Below the pieces are notes generated by a model. That model had not been told where the DNA came from, ran no database searches, and was given only the letters and a program-made list of their open reading frames with translations. DNA of 63,554 bases, the filler included, from Phoronis australis (Eukaryota > Animalia > Phoronida): the NCBI GenBank assembly GCA_002633005.1. It is 14 parts of 14 records of this genome, joined end to end, with 100 filler letters (N's around TTAATTAATTAA, not from the genome) between each part and the next. Parts side by side here need not be neighbours in the genome. Positions count along the whole stretch, not along the records: positions 47,459 to 50,049 come from NMRA01003581.1; positions 50,150 to 52,318 come from NMRA01003819.1; positions 52,419 to 56,838 come from NMRA01002597.1; positions 56,939 to 60,380 come from NMRA01003019.1; positions 60,481 to 63,554 come from NMRA01000390.1; 9 more parts are not named here. One strand, given 5' to 3'. Position numbers and translations under genes: made by a program. The first letter of the stretch is position 1, and every line of letters begins with the position of its first letter. Positions 48,843-62,098 of the stretch are shown in pieces.

Positions 48843-49138
48843 CTGCAATCACACAATGACTTGATCAATAAAGATCACCTTTTCACGACATTGACTTCTT
48901 CATTTCAGGTGCATTGAAGTCAAAAGTGTTGGTTTTTGTCATATTGTTTACCGTGATGTTACTGAACGTTTGCGAGAAAACAATCGTTCCACAATGCATT
49001 TCAAAAATGACAACAGTCCCATAGATGAAATCCCTTGAATTATTTAACACTACACGTATGTCAAATGCTGATACTAGAGGTGAACAAACAGCACACGTCC
49101 ACACCCCACATGCTTACCTGTAATTACACTTGACATAC

Positions 49139-49236
49139 CTGTAACACACGCTGTCCCTCCAAGTCACTAATTCCTAAGTCACGGTCCAAGTTTAACACCC
49201 CTTTACCATTGTAGTCAGTTACATCCAACAGTTTGT
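49139..49236 (-). CDS. ARID2: AT-rich interactive domain-containing protein 2 (BAF200) exon
   Basis: ttgtag| ... CAG|gtatgt. KLLDVTDYNGKGVLNLDRDLGISDLEGQRVLQ (compare vertebrate LGINDIEGQRVLQ). Confidence 0.9.
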
Positions 49237-50235
49237 CTACAACAAACATACAACCATCTTTTGAAAAGAAAAAACTTCTAAGACACAGACTTCAAATTTG
49301 AATGCATTTTTATGACAATACACAATGTTGTTGTGACTGGTGCCAAGTTGACAGTACACATCCATCAGTCGCACAAATTTTGAACCACTGCCCGGCATAA
49401 CAATAAAAAACAAGGTTCTATCCTTTCAGCTACTGCAGTTTGGATAGATACATGGTAAGGTTCAGACTAAAAAAACACTGCATAACTTCGTGACTACTAT
49501 ATACCTCAAAATGTGTACATTAGTTCATCAACTTATTGTTATACGTGTACATGCAAGCTCACTGCTTCTTGAGCATGGAAATGGTAAAGCGACCACAGTT
49601 TTGCACATCAAAAACAAATGTATACATGAGTCACTAAGAACAACAAACAAATGCATACATGAGTGTGTCATGAGCCACTAACAACAACAAACAAAAAACA
49701 ATTCTGGTGTCTTAAGAAACAGTTAAAACAGTGCGGTTGGAAAATGTGACAAACTAATGTTTGTATAAAGCATCAATATCTAAGCAAACAAACAAGCAAT
49801 CACAGTATTTTCAAGTCAGAATAAATACCACTGGGGTGAACACTATTGCGATTGCTTTGACGTAAATTTGTAATCATACCCCTACTAATATCAGCACCAC
49901 ATGCTACCTGAAACTCGTATATATCCCAGCCTTACACTGGCTTGAATCAATGATTTTCTCGACTACACTTCAAATTTTTTGGACATAAAAAGCTCCCAAA
50001 CTAATCAAAACAACAAATTTTTGAGTTGACCATTCTCCAGCATTACACANNNNNNNNNNNNNNNNNNNNNNNNNNNNNNNNNNNNNNNNNNNNTTAATTA
50101 ATTAANNNNNNNNNNNNNNNNNNNNNNNNNNNNNNNNNNNNNNNNNNNNCATTCAGCGCCACCAACAGATCCTATGTAATACGGATGGTACGTTTCAACA
50201 CATTAGTACAAAGAGTGTTTTAACAACTTTCATGC

Positions 50236-50489
50236 TATACGTAAATAAAACAACAAAAATGGATCACTGAAATTTTGGGTTATAATAGCATGCTTCATCA
50301 ACAGAAACAAAAATAAAGTAAAATCAAACACTATAAGACAATTGACATCTGATGTGTATCATGCTCATTACGCCATATATCTGATGTCATACAGTGTTTC
50401 ATTTTACTTTATTTCTGTTTCTGTTGATGAAGGATGGTATTATATCCAAAAATTTCAGTGATCCATTTTTGTTGTTTTATTTGCGTATA
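50236..50489. mobile_element. Foldback/palindromic MITE, TA-flanked
   Basis: Arms of about 90 bp: TATACGTAAATAAAACAACAAAAATGGATCACTGAAA... and its near-perfect reverse complement ending ...TTTTATTTGCGTATA. Confidence 0.85.
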
Positions 50490-52418
50490 TTTATTCTACT
50501 TTTCAACAACAAGTGTATCCTGTAGACCTTTAGTTTCGGATTTATTTTCTACGTTATTCATGCTATACCAATGCCGACTATTTTCCACTCCTGTGCAGTG
50601 GGATGTTTTACAAACCTTTAGAAATACCAATGAATGAACAAGGACATGTTGTTCCATACAATCCCCATTGCAAAGAATTATCTGCGATAAAGTCAGTAGC
50701 TAAGACTTTTAAAGAAGGAAATTTTCGATCCCAGCTGGAGTCAACAAGCTTAAATAAAGCGGACTTAAACTAATCAAGCAATGGGAGGGACTGAAAGTGG
50801 AATTTAAATTCTCTGCTTTTAAATTAACGAGCCACTATGTACCAATAAATTTCTGTCCACTAAATCAGAGTCGGGACCAATCAGAAGCTACTTTCGTGTT
50901 CTCATAACTTTNATATAAAAAGTACCCTACTGAAAAACACCGGGTTGTCATGTCAACAGTCAAAAGAACATTTCAGACTAAATGAAACCAATGTTGGATG
51001 TACTCAGTAGCTAAGTGATGCCAGAGATAATAAAAAGTTTTGCAGTCAAGAAGAATTATATTCACCACAAATTGAATTCATTAGTGGCAGTACAAGCTAG
51101 CTATGTAGCTGTCAACCAAATAGTCGAGTTCAATATTAGATTTAAAGGTGAAATAAACCGGTGTCTTCGGTCAAAAACAAACTTATGAATGAGACCACTT
51201 ACTATTATAATTTATTGGTCTCACCTTGTTGCTTACTCATAATAAAAATGATTCCGATTGTTTAGAACTGTAATCATGGTTCCTAATTTTCATTGAGTAT
51301 GATTGATCTCCAGGACAAAATTTAATAATTTCTATACATTCGCTGGTGTACGTCATGAAACATTATGCTTAGAACTTAAAATTTAAACTCACAAGCATAC
51401 TTCTGCTTTTAACATTTTAAACTGAAAGTAAAACAAATACGCCCAAAGCGCTTTTCACATTACAAACATACTTAAAACATTCCTGTATGCCATCTTTTGA
51501 ACTCTACATGCAAAATTGATAAAACAAGGGGCAATTCGCCTATTAGCTTCTGCCAAGTTTGAAACCTGAACGTCTTCATATGGATTGGGATAAAGAGACA
51601 AAAATGATGGCTAAAGGCGTGTTCCACCCAAATAATTTACTTCTTATTGTTTGTGTTGTATCCATATCACTTCGTGTTCTCTCCACCTCAGTGGTCCAGA
51701 AGGTGTCGCTTTAACTTGCGAGGAAGGTAAGGACCTAAAGCAATGGCGTTAACGAATCTTGCGAGCGTATGTCACCATTTCTGCCAATAGTCTCGTGCCT
51801 ATTATGAAGTGTCGCAGTCTTCTGGCTACTTTCTAGTCAATCCTGTAGAGACTTTTTTGAGTGTCAAGATTTCAAATGCATTCAGCGCCCAGTCTGCACG
51901 AAACATTCCCAAATTGGGACGAAACTAAGTTCCCTAAATCTTTTGCTTATTTGTGTCTTTCTTCAATCGCATGAGTAATCTTTTCTATAGTGTTATCTTT
52001 ACTATGAGCTTCTCTTTGACTGATGACATCTTCTAATAATATAAGTAAAAACTGAGCCCTGAGTTCAGTGACAATAAGTAGGGGCACAGTACTTAAATTA
52101 AGAGCGTTGCTTGATAAGATCCCAATTTATTTTCGATAATATTGACAATTCAATATGGAGTTCACTCTACATTTGTATTAAGCCAAAATTTAACATAGTA
52201 ATGAGACTAAAATAGAACAAATACGGACAATCGGCTCATTGGGCTGTGTCATGCAACCGGGCATTAAAACCCATGAAAATCTTATAATGCGTTCTCAGCT
52301 TTTCAGAAACTATAATGGNNNNNNNNNNNNNNNNNNNNNNNNNNNNNNNNNNNNNNNNNNNNTTAATTAATTAANNNNNNNNNNNNNNNNNNNNNNNNNN
52401 NNNNNNNNNNNNNNNNNN

Positions 52419-52482
52419 CTGCAGTGGCCATTTCATCGACTGGTATCTGTTTTCCTGGAGACGATTTGTCACCCACCAACAC
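52419..52482 (-). CDS. TMC3: TMC1/2/3 subfamily exon, truncated by the contig end
   Basis: Strong polypyrimidine tract + ttacag|, phase 0. VLVGDKSSPGKQIPVDEMATA resembles TMC L.G.P.G....KTIP.E....A. Confidence 0.8.
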
Positions 52483-53578
52483 CTGTAACGTTGAAGAAAA
52501 GGAAAAGGGCTTCACGGAAATTCGGCAATGGCATTAAGGTCAAAGTTTCTTTCAGCAACGGCAAAGCAGGGACCATTGGAAGCTTTGCAATAGGAAACAT
52601 TGTTCAGCATCGGTCGAAGTACGTGCGAGTTAATTCTCAATTTATATTTTTATTACTACACAATTACCGTAATCATAAATTTAACGCAGTGAATTGAACC
52701 AGTATTTGCCTGCACTACGTGGCACGGCACTTCCAAATTAATGCCACGTAGACAAAAGGCCCATATAATCATTGGCTGCACTTGCTTGAATTTGCCAGAT
52801 CTGCCGGATGAACCGGCTAGGACATCATGGTTCTCGTTGGTGGCTTCCGGCTTACAGACCAGTCAGACGTCTAACCCAATTGAGTCTGTGGGACTGGCAA
52901 AGTCAATCAAGAGAAGCCGCCGTATATGGTTAATCGTTTATTGGCTGTAAAACTGCATGAAAACCTACATATACATGGCACAAGGAGTCTTCTTTGGATG
53001 CTCAGCAATTTTGAACACGAATCCTAGCGTCTTCACACTGATTTGTTCGTTCCCAGCATAGGCGTTACTCATATTGTTGAATATTTCCGACTGGTTTTGC
53101 TGTTTCTAAGAGGTAGTCAGGTCATATTTAATCTTTAGTTGGATACATCTACCAAAATATGTCACGTTTCGAAGAATGTCGACATCACTTTCAAATACCT
53201 ATCCCGGAAAACAAATGGTCTAGTTTGAAGTCTCGTTCACGCGAATAAAAAGGGCGAGAAATGACCGAACAACTGAGTTGTATGTGGTATCGTGTAATGT
53301 TTGAGGCTTTGCGTCAGTCTGCCTCGACCCTTGGACTGTGTAGACAATTTAATGCAATGGATATTTTGTACTCATGTATTAATGTGCAGTGTTATTAATA
53401 AGCTTTTCAATTTCGTTCCTTTACCGAACGAAGTAATACATAGTGTTCTGTTCCAAGCAAAAAGGCTTTCTGAGCTGCACGATTTCTTAGCAGCTGCTAA
53501 GTTCCAACAGACTAAATATACCACGTGTAAAGGTAGGCATGCGCACTTGCATACCATCAATTTGCACTTGTGTTTTCA

Positions 53579-53731
<153 letters not shown>

Positions 53732-53759
53732 TCATTGGGGTAAAAATATTACTCCACAA

Positions 53760-54010
53760 TATTGTCATCATCCTCATAACCGCCATCATCGTTTCCACGA
53801 TCAAAACCAATAATATTCTTCTCACCATCATCATCGTCATCATCTTTTTTTTCAATAACATCATCATCATAATCGTCATTTTGTTGTGAAGAACATCGTC
53901 ATAACCGGTGGTGTCGTTATCTTTACCATTTCCATCCTCATCACTGCCGTCATCATCGTCATTCTCACCGTCATCGCCCGCGCCACAATAATCGTTTCCA
54001 TCGTTATGAG
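53760..54010. repeat. Degenerate (CAT/ATG)n trinucleotide tract in a TMC intron (second tract at about 55325-55510)
   Basis: Low-complexity CATCATCGT repeats that give the poly-Met/Asp/Ile ORFs. Confidence 0.85.
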
Positions 54011-54850
54011 GAGAAGACTGACACTAGTTTCGGTACCATCAGTTGTATTTGGCTGTTTCAACCCTATACAGTACTTGCATTTAGCCCGTAATTGCAATGC
54101 CCTATAGGGTCAGGCGAGTGATTTCTACATTCTTACTGTTTTATACTGTTGTTTATACCACAATACTAGCGTCAAATGGCAGATACAACCGTGTAAAAAC
54201 CCATAAAGTTATCTCACTAGTGAGATAACCATTTGGCGGGAAAACGAGGACGGTACCTTGGAATTGCTGGTCGCCGACTTTACCACTTCACCATGCAGCA
54301 ACTGACGTCATCAAGAGTGAAAATAGAATACTTAAATAAGCAAGCGCAATAATCGCACGTTCAACAATCCACATTGTACTGTACTTATACGCTACGAAAA
54401 ATAAGACGCATAATTTCCATAAAAATGTTATCTTAATTCAGTGAAAATTTTCTCTCATGTCCTCTTACTTGTAAATCACCAATCTCCAGTTTGAATGCGG
54501 GTATCGTGTCGTCAGGATCTTTGACTTGAGAAGTATATTCAGTTACCAGTGGTAACCTACTTTAGCAGACGATAATCTCCCTGTCGAAGCTTAGCGTGAA
54601 AAAAAAAACGTGTTTTAAGCTATAATAGTTGGTAAACCTTAAATTATCAATTCAATTTATTTCTATTATATTTAAGTTTTCGAAAAGGTTTTGAGTAAAA
54701 GCATTATTTGACAAAAATACCCCGGCTTTTCTTAAAAGGTCACGACCTCTGACCCCGGGCCTCTGACATAGAAAGTAGTTACAAAGCCGTGGAGAGTCAG
54801 AAACGATAAATCGATTCATTGCAATGTTTCTCGTTTAGTATGTGGTATAA

Positions 54851-55014
54851 ATAGATTATTACATGCTCTCAGCCGTTATCCCCCTTATCTACAGCCCTCG
54901 TGGATTTTGGAGAATTATCACCTTCGGGGCTAACGCCCCTCGGGCGATAATTCTGCAAAATCCACTTGGGCTCTAGATAACGGGGGATAACGACTTCGCC
55001 ATGTAATAATCTAT
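54851..55014. mobile_element. Palindromic hairpin MITE in a TMC intron
   Basis: ATAGATTATTACATG ... CATGTAATAATCTAT termini; the arms pair along the whole length around a central GGGGCTAACGCCCC loop. Confidence 0.85.
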
Positions 55015-55797
55015 ATATATTTGAAAAATTCTATCAGGTTGCAAATATTAGTGATTGTTATGTACCTATGTTTCTACGAAGTTCTTGAGCTTATAGAATG
55101 ATTGACGTAATCTAAAAAGTTTTGAAAAGTTGAAATGTTACAGAATGTTGCACTAAATTACAGATACACAGCCCTGAGTTAGTAACAGTCGGAGTCAACA
55201 ATTACTGAGTCTGTCGTTATTGAGGCCCAAGTGAGCTTAGGAGATAACAACTCATTGCAAAAGTTGGGGAATCGGTCAACGAGTGTCACATATGCTGAAA
55301 TAACAATACCAGCACCAACGCAAACATTATCATCATCAGCATCATTATCATGATCATCATCAACATCATCATCATCGTCAGCATCACCCTCTGCCTCACC
55401 ATCATCATCCAAATAGTCTTAGTCACGTCCATGCTCCTCGCTACTGTCACTATCCTCATGATATGTGTTCTAAAAATTCTCCATACTCATAGGCATCGCC
55501 ACGGTAATAACTTACCGGCATCATTATTATAATCAACATTGTGCAATAAAGACAACATGTTGTTTTGACTTAATCTATAGTGTTGTAAATTGGTTTCATG
55601 GAGCATGATTCTCCTTTAAATTGTACGCTGCACAAAAAGGGCACCCTATACATGTACAGAATTATTTTGCATCGTTCTTGATCGTCATCATGGGTCCGTG
55701 CCAACTTGAAAACTTTTAACGTCTTTGACACATCACGCTTTGCAAACGAGTCACCGTTCAAACCCAACCATTTACTGTTTGCGCGTTAAACTCTTAC

Positions 55798-55879
55798 TTT
55801 CTATAAGTTTGAATCTCATTTCCCACGGAGTTAGCAACAGGATCGCTTCGTTGAATATGCGCTTGAACCGTTGCCACGC
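55798..55879 (-). CDS. TMC3: Transmembrane channel-like protein (TMC1/2/3 subfamily) exon
   Basis: ttgcag| ... A|gtaaga, 82 nt, phase 0-1. AWQRFKRIFNEAILLLTPWEMRFKLIE(S) matches the TMC pattern W.KF.R.F.N......PWE.RIK.IES. The symbol denotes the subfamily, not proven 1:1 orthology. Confidence 0.9.
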
Positions 55880-58607
55880 CTGCAAGTGAAGACAAATAAT
55901 TTCTTGTGACTTATCGTACAACTCATGTGCAGAAAGTAATACATTAGCATCCTTGATGTAGTTGTATATTTTACATTGCGAGGTTTGATACCAAAAGAAT
56001 TCCTATGGTTAACAATTTTGTGCACTTAGTATCACCATTTCTCCCGTCACATTAACTATTCTCTAGAAAGCAGTCTCATCTTTCTCTTCAAATGTCCCGC
56101 CTGGTTTTTAACTGGCGGTAGAACGCAGTCACGCTAGCTAATCATGGGTCGCTACTCCGATACTTCTTCCGGTCAATCACGACGAAAGTTCAAACACAAC
56201 CAATGTTAAAAAAAAAATTTCTGTGGTTTTGCTGTAATCAGAGCATCTAAATACTATAAATGTGGAAAATACATATTGGCCTAGAGACGCGACCTGGTTC
56301 CGTAACTTTCGGTGGCAGCGACTTTGCAAGCGTACCGTTGTGAGATGGCAAGTTCCCATGTACTTGTAAAATACTAGCAATGCTAGCAAGACAGGCTTTC
56401 ATAAATGTAGTCCCGTGCCATTATGTCAATCTCGTAATATGTTACACATAGCACTGGATGCAATGCGCGTTGATGCAAGAATCTTCCAAAGGGAATCTGT
56501 ACATGTAGTTATCGTTTGCTTCCTTGAAATGCAAGATCACATCTCCTGAAATTTCCCGCCATCTTGCGTTTTCGGGAGGTTCTCGCACCAACAGAACGCA
56601 CTTGTATAATCTTATGGCAAATCGTTCCCATGAGTGACAATTGTTAAATTAACTAAAAAGGGTGTCGCCATTAGTCCTGCCTCATCAACCGCATAGGCGT
56701 TCTCAAGAAAAACATTTTCTGAAGAGTTCAGTTCTTTTTTCACAAACCGCATTGCTGTACAGCTGTGAGTCTTGAGATAAGGAATTTTCCTGTACGTGGA
56801 CAAATAAACTGTAGTACACGAGAAGAAAAATAGCAAAANNNNNNNNNNNNNNNNNNNNNNNNNNNNNNNNNNNNNNNNNNNNTTAATTAATTAANNNNNN
56901 NNNNNNNNNNNNNNNNNNNNNNNNNNNNNNNNNNNNNNCCCTGCCCCCCCAAAATCCGCCTATGACGTTAATGCCTGAAACATTTGAGTTTAATCTCACA
57001 TCAGATTATAATTTTCTACCATCCTTTTTTGTTTTACAGTTTCACTGGGCAGAAAATAATCATACATGCCGACCATTATGAGTCTCTAAGTTCAGTAATG
57101 GGCAATGGTTTTGTAATAAAATGAATGTTGAAAAGGTCGCTTAATATTGGTATCGAACAAACATGACTGTGTTTATTTTGCAATGACACTCACTACATTA
57201 TTGAAATGCATTTACAAACTTAAGGAAAAATTCAATGCATTTTAGAATTGTGATGACAGAACAGAAACAATAAGTTTCCTCATATGTGAAATAGTCTATG
57301 GTGACCTTCGTACCATGAAATATGGTCCAATTACGCATATCATTGTTTTACTTGTTGATTGTCTGTCTAGTAGTCATTATGTCCTTAATACAACAGAGCA
57401 TGCAATTCTATGAAAAGAGGTCATTAAACTGCAAGAATCTAAAGACAATGAATGCAAAAAATAAACAAAAATTTGTTCATATGCAAAAGAACTCGAATGT
57501 CTATTAGTACATTATGATCTTCAAGTAATGTAAAAACATACATAACTAGCTTCTAAAACCCATACTTTCAACCATAAATTAGATGAAAACAGGAATACTT
57601 CAGAGTTGCACCATCATGAACTACTAGATAATGTATACATAACATATCATCTAGAAAGGCAACACCTAGGTGCAATAACTTCATATAAAGCTGACAAAAT
57701 TTCTATATTTCATGGACACAGAAGTTCCACTAACCTTTCAAATAATTTTGGAGAAAGTTTATTCAAGTTTAGCCGAGTCTGACAGAGTTCTCTTGACATG
57801 TCATGAACACATCCACTAAAACAAGAAACTGTAGGAACATGGCATTTATCCACCTTCACTCTTATCAGGCTTCTATTGTGAGTCAGCATGCGTGAATAAT
57901 TGGCTGATAAGCCACCTCTGGAACTACTTTTGGCTGAATGGATGACCAGGCCATAAAATGATAATATTAACCAAGACCAGTTACTAATGCAACAAAGAAT
58001 AATGTCGTAGTATCACCTAGCCTTGGTGGAAAGCTGTATACTGTATTGGCTCTAATAAACGCTTAGAAAAAATCATTTCATGGGGAGGGGATTCTTATTG
58101 TAGCCTACGGCAGTTGAAAGCCGGTTTCCCAAACGGGTAAAATCGGAAGCTAGGATTCAGGGACGCTTATTGTAGTGAGCCTACGGCAGTTGAAACCCGG
58201 TTTCCCAAACGGGTAAAATCGGAAGCTAGGATTCACCAAATTTACGCTCTGTGACGTATTTGTAGCCTATGACAGCCTATCTACAAAATTGTGGTGCATT
58301 GCTATCAACTTCCGTTGTTAAATTACGATAATTTTTCAAAAAATTGTGCTCATCACAGGGCGAAAACTTGCCGACTGATGCATCGCTGAATCGCGATCGT
58401 CAATAGGAAAACTTGTACTCTTGAAAAAAAATATAGTTTCGACTCAACAAATTACCTGAAATCTTCCTGATGTTATACAATTTTTAAAGTTCATGTGGAG
58501 TCCAGATTAATTGCGATTAAGTCCAAATGTGCACTACATCGTACTCCACACAACACGAGAAAAATCTCTGGATGAACACACATGTTGTTGTCATGTGACG
58601 TTTCTTT

Positions 58608-58879
58608 TGAAGGTCGTCTGCGTATGAGAGTGAGTGAGCGTGCGTGTGCGAGTCATCGATAGACTTTTTGTTACAAAAGGCGGAGGATTATGCAAGAAAA
58701 TGGCGTTTACTAGATTGTTTTTCACTTAAACGGCTGTAACATTGAAGGTCGTCTGTGTATGAGAGTGAGTGAGCGTGCGTGTGCGGGTCATCGACGATAG
58801 ACTTTTTTGTTACAAAATGCGGAGGATTATGCAAGAAAATGGCGTTTACTAGATTGTTTTTCACTTAAACGGCTGTAAC
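58608..58879. repeat. Two-copy tandem duplication of about 135 bp (a smaller one at about 58100-58235)
   Basis: TTGAAGGTCGTCTG...CACTTAAACGGCTGTAAC occurs twice in tandem. Confidence 0.9.
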
Positions 58880-61603
58880 GTGCAAGGTGAGTGCTGGTTA
58901 ACTCACAGATTTTGTGTGCACAAGCCGACTGTCGTTAGCTCTGCCGTGGAGTATTAATAGTCCAAGGCTCGATCTACATGTTGGGGACGAAATGAACTAC
59001 CCGGGCTGTGTGAAATTTCTGGGTCTAACGGAGACACTGACGCAGTGGTCTGTCAGATTGCTGTATCAAGACTATAGTCAAAATCCAAATTCGTTTTATC
59101 GTGTCCCTGTCAATAATAACGGCATGTTAAAGCCTTCTTAATTTTCGTACTTCAGGAACCTAACAATCACGTGTTTTGTACACATACGCGCACGCCGCAG
59201 ATCACATCTCGGAAATTGCCGATTTGACGGATGACAATAAATGAACACAATGAAATTAACAACGTCGTTTTACAGCTTGTAAGATTCATAATAAAAGTAT
59301 TTTGAATATTGCAATGCATGTNNNNNNNNNNNNNNNNNNNNNNNNNNNNNNNNNTTTGTATTAGTGCGCGCCGAATGAAAGTAATCGTGAGTGTTGCTGT
59401 GTTGCAAAATCTCTTATCCTGGGCCGATTTGAAAAATTCAAAGTTGTACTCACATTTGTTTTCGCTCCTCTTTTCAAATATTACAGTAAAAAGTACGTAA
59501 AACTCTCTCCATAAAAAGTACAGTCTGCTAGCTAGATTGTAATCAGCTGATCATATCCGTATGAGCGAAGCCAATTATCCTCGCTCGTGACTCGATGACT
59601 AGAGCAGCTTGGCGGCATCCCTTTGATCGTGAGCCGAGTGCGACTCGGCCAAGGTGGATAAATACGGTCTACTTCAATTTTCCAAACCCCACCGTTTACC
59701 TTAACCACTGGGGTTAGGACCAATCTTATTTAGTGGGCATGTTCATAGCATGTTCATTCTGTCTCGATTTCTTATAAAAAACCTCTTTTCATTGTTAGCA
59801 TGTTTTGTTGTAATTGTACAATTGTCATACAACAGTTTTTTTTTTAGTTGGCCTTTGAAAATATGAAAATGGAATTATATCTGGTTGCCTATCCCATCTC
59901 ATTGTTGTAGTCAATTAAAATCAGCCAATACATTTGTTTACCTCGCTACATGACCCCCTGTTATGGTATTCAGCTCAACCCGACTTAAATTTTTTGCCTC
60001 TTGTTTGGAGTAGAGAAATTGAAAATAGTGTTTTGAAGCTAAAAATCAATGTTGCGCGTTGACTTACCAGTGTTGAAGCTGCACAACTATTTGCACATGA
60101 TTTCTAAGGCCAATAGCCATGCTTAAGGTTCCTCTAAGTGCCTGGGCATACGTAGTGGAAAATTTTTTTAGTTAGGTGTATACCCAGGTGCAGGAAGTTG
60201 TACTGTTTGCATGCTTGCCTTACCTAAATACCCAACGTGTTGACAAACGTAATTATATCAACGATGGCTTGGACTTAACTGTATTAACTATTTGTTACTA
60301 ATTAAGATTCCTCACCTGGTCAATCAATCTCTGCAGTACTATCTTTCATATCGACACGTTCATAGCATTGACAATAGTTCNNNNNNNNNNNNNNNNNNNN
60401 NNNNNNNNNNNNNNNNNNNNNNNNTTAATTAATTAANNNNNNNNNNNNNNNNNNNNNNNNNNNNNNNNNNNNNNNNNNNNGTGTGGCGTATGGAGAAACA
60501 TGGTGTCCGATATTTAGGTTCTCCGAAGGTTTGGTTATTGTGTTTTTTGAAGATCAGTCGGAACATAAATGTGGCTTTCAGTGACAAGGTATAGTAACAG
60601 AACAATTCCGTGAAGGTAAATCTTTATTTCAGCAAAGAATTTACAACAATCCGTAGTATTTTCAATTAAATATAATGCAAAATGTGCCAAAACGTCCGAT
60701 AATTAGGTCACTTGACTGTACATTAAATATAATACTACAAAGTGTGACACTCCCGACCAGAAATTCCACGGGTGCTTCACTTCAGCCGTCCATATCAAAC
60801 ACAAAACTCAACAAATTTACACAAAACAGGGGTTCAACAAACCATGAGAAATTGTTCTTTCTTATAATACCATTCGTGGTGTCCTGCTCCAGCGAGTTCG
60901 CAAAAAAATTTGCTGTCAAAGCACAAAAATATTCCCAAAAAGCACTCTTTGCACTTTGTCGGTTCGAGGTCAAGGCGGTACGGAAATTGCCAGTTTGTCG
61001 CGTAAAGTCACGATGTTGATAACTCCATCCATCTGTAATTCATCGGTAATTTCTGTAGCACCCGACAGTGCAAAGCTTTTTTAAATTTTGCCGACACAGA
61101 TCCTGTCGAACCCGTCCAAAATAACATTCTGGCCGTCCAACCATAGATTCTCGTCTATGGTCCAACTGACGGTCGCTGCGTAAACCCTTGCTTGGGAGTC
61201 CGATTACTTTACGCTTTGAAACACACAGTTGTATATTTTAGGGAATAAAATTTTTAATATGTATGACATGTGACTTCCGTGTATAACGCGGAGTCGTATA
61301 TAGCTCTTCTAAAATTGCAAGCTCTTTATGACCAATGTACGATACCCGGTGTCCGCAGCGAAGTTTTTGTGCACCAAATTTGTATTGAATGAAACAAAAA
61401 TTTGAACTTGGTGAATTAAATAATCGTGGAGAGAAGAAAAGGTTAGAAAATTAATAAACGTAGAGACCCGAATAAGCGCCATATAGACCGGAAAACGAGT
61501 CTGAAAAAAATAATCGTATAGATACGACTATTCGGAACTCGAGAGTATCTGTTAACAATCTAGTCAGTAAGCGGGTGCCCCCAAATGGAAGTGCCCCACT
61601 ATT

Positions 61604-61873
61604 TTACTTCAGAAAGGCAGATAGCTTGCTGACAAAGATATCAAGAGAAGGGACTGATGTAATGCAGCCTGGCAAGCTATTCCAGTCCGTGACTGTTCTA
61701 GGAAAGAATGTATTTTTTCTGTAATCTGTCCCATTTATATTATAATTGGATGACCTTCTGGTACAGATGCCCGAGACAGCAAGATCTGGAATAGGGGCAA
61801 CATCAGAGTTCATGATCACCAACTTCTTATCATATTTGTAAAACATTTTCAGCCAACAGATTTTGCGCCTCAT
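61604..61873 (-). mobile_element. CR1/L2-clade LINE 3' fragment (ORF2 C-terminus)
   Basis: RRK..WLKMFYK ... TDYRKNTFFPRTVTDWNSLPGCITSVPSLDIF is the hallmark SFFPRT...WNSLP tail. Confidence 0.85.
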
Positions 61874-62098
61874 GTAATGTTGTTACCTGGATTCAATGAA
61901 TCGCTTTTCGGGTAAGTTGTATTTCACTTTGGCATTGTTTAATTGTTAAATAAAAATATATAATTACTAGAGTGATCTAGGTCATCTTATATCAGAATTT
62001 TTTTTCAGGGGCTCACAGTTCTCTGGACTGCCTACAGGTAAGATTCCATGGAAAAAGCAGTTACACTGAAATACGTTATTTTTTACTTTGGTTATTTC

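Noticed and set aside
55179-55532. Poly-Asp ORF MDDDGEAEGDADDDD
   Set aside because: The same trinucleotide low-complexity tract between two phase-matched TMC exons.
60481-61070. RAG/Transib end at ...CACCCGACAGTG (reverse complement CACTGTCGGGTG)
   Set aside because: Only one heptamer-like end; no partner TIR, TSD or transposase within the contig.
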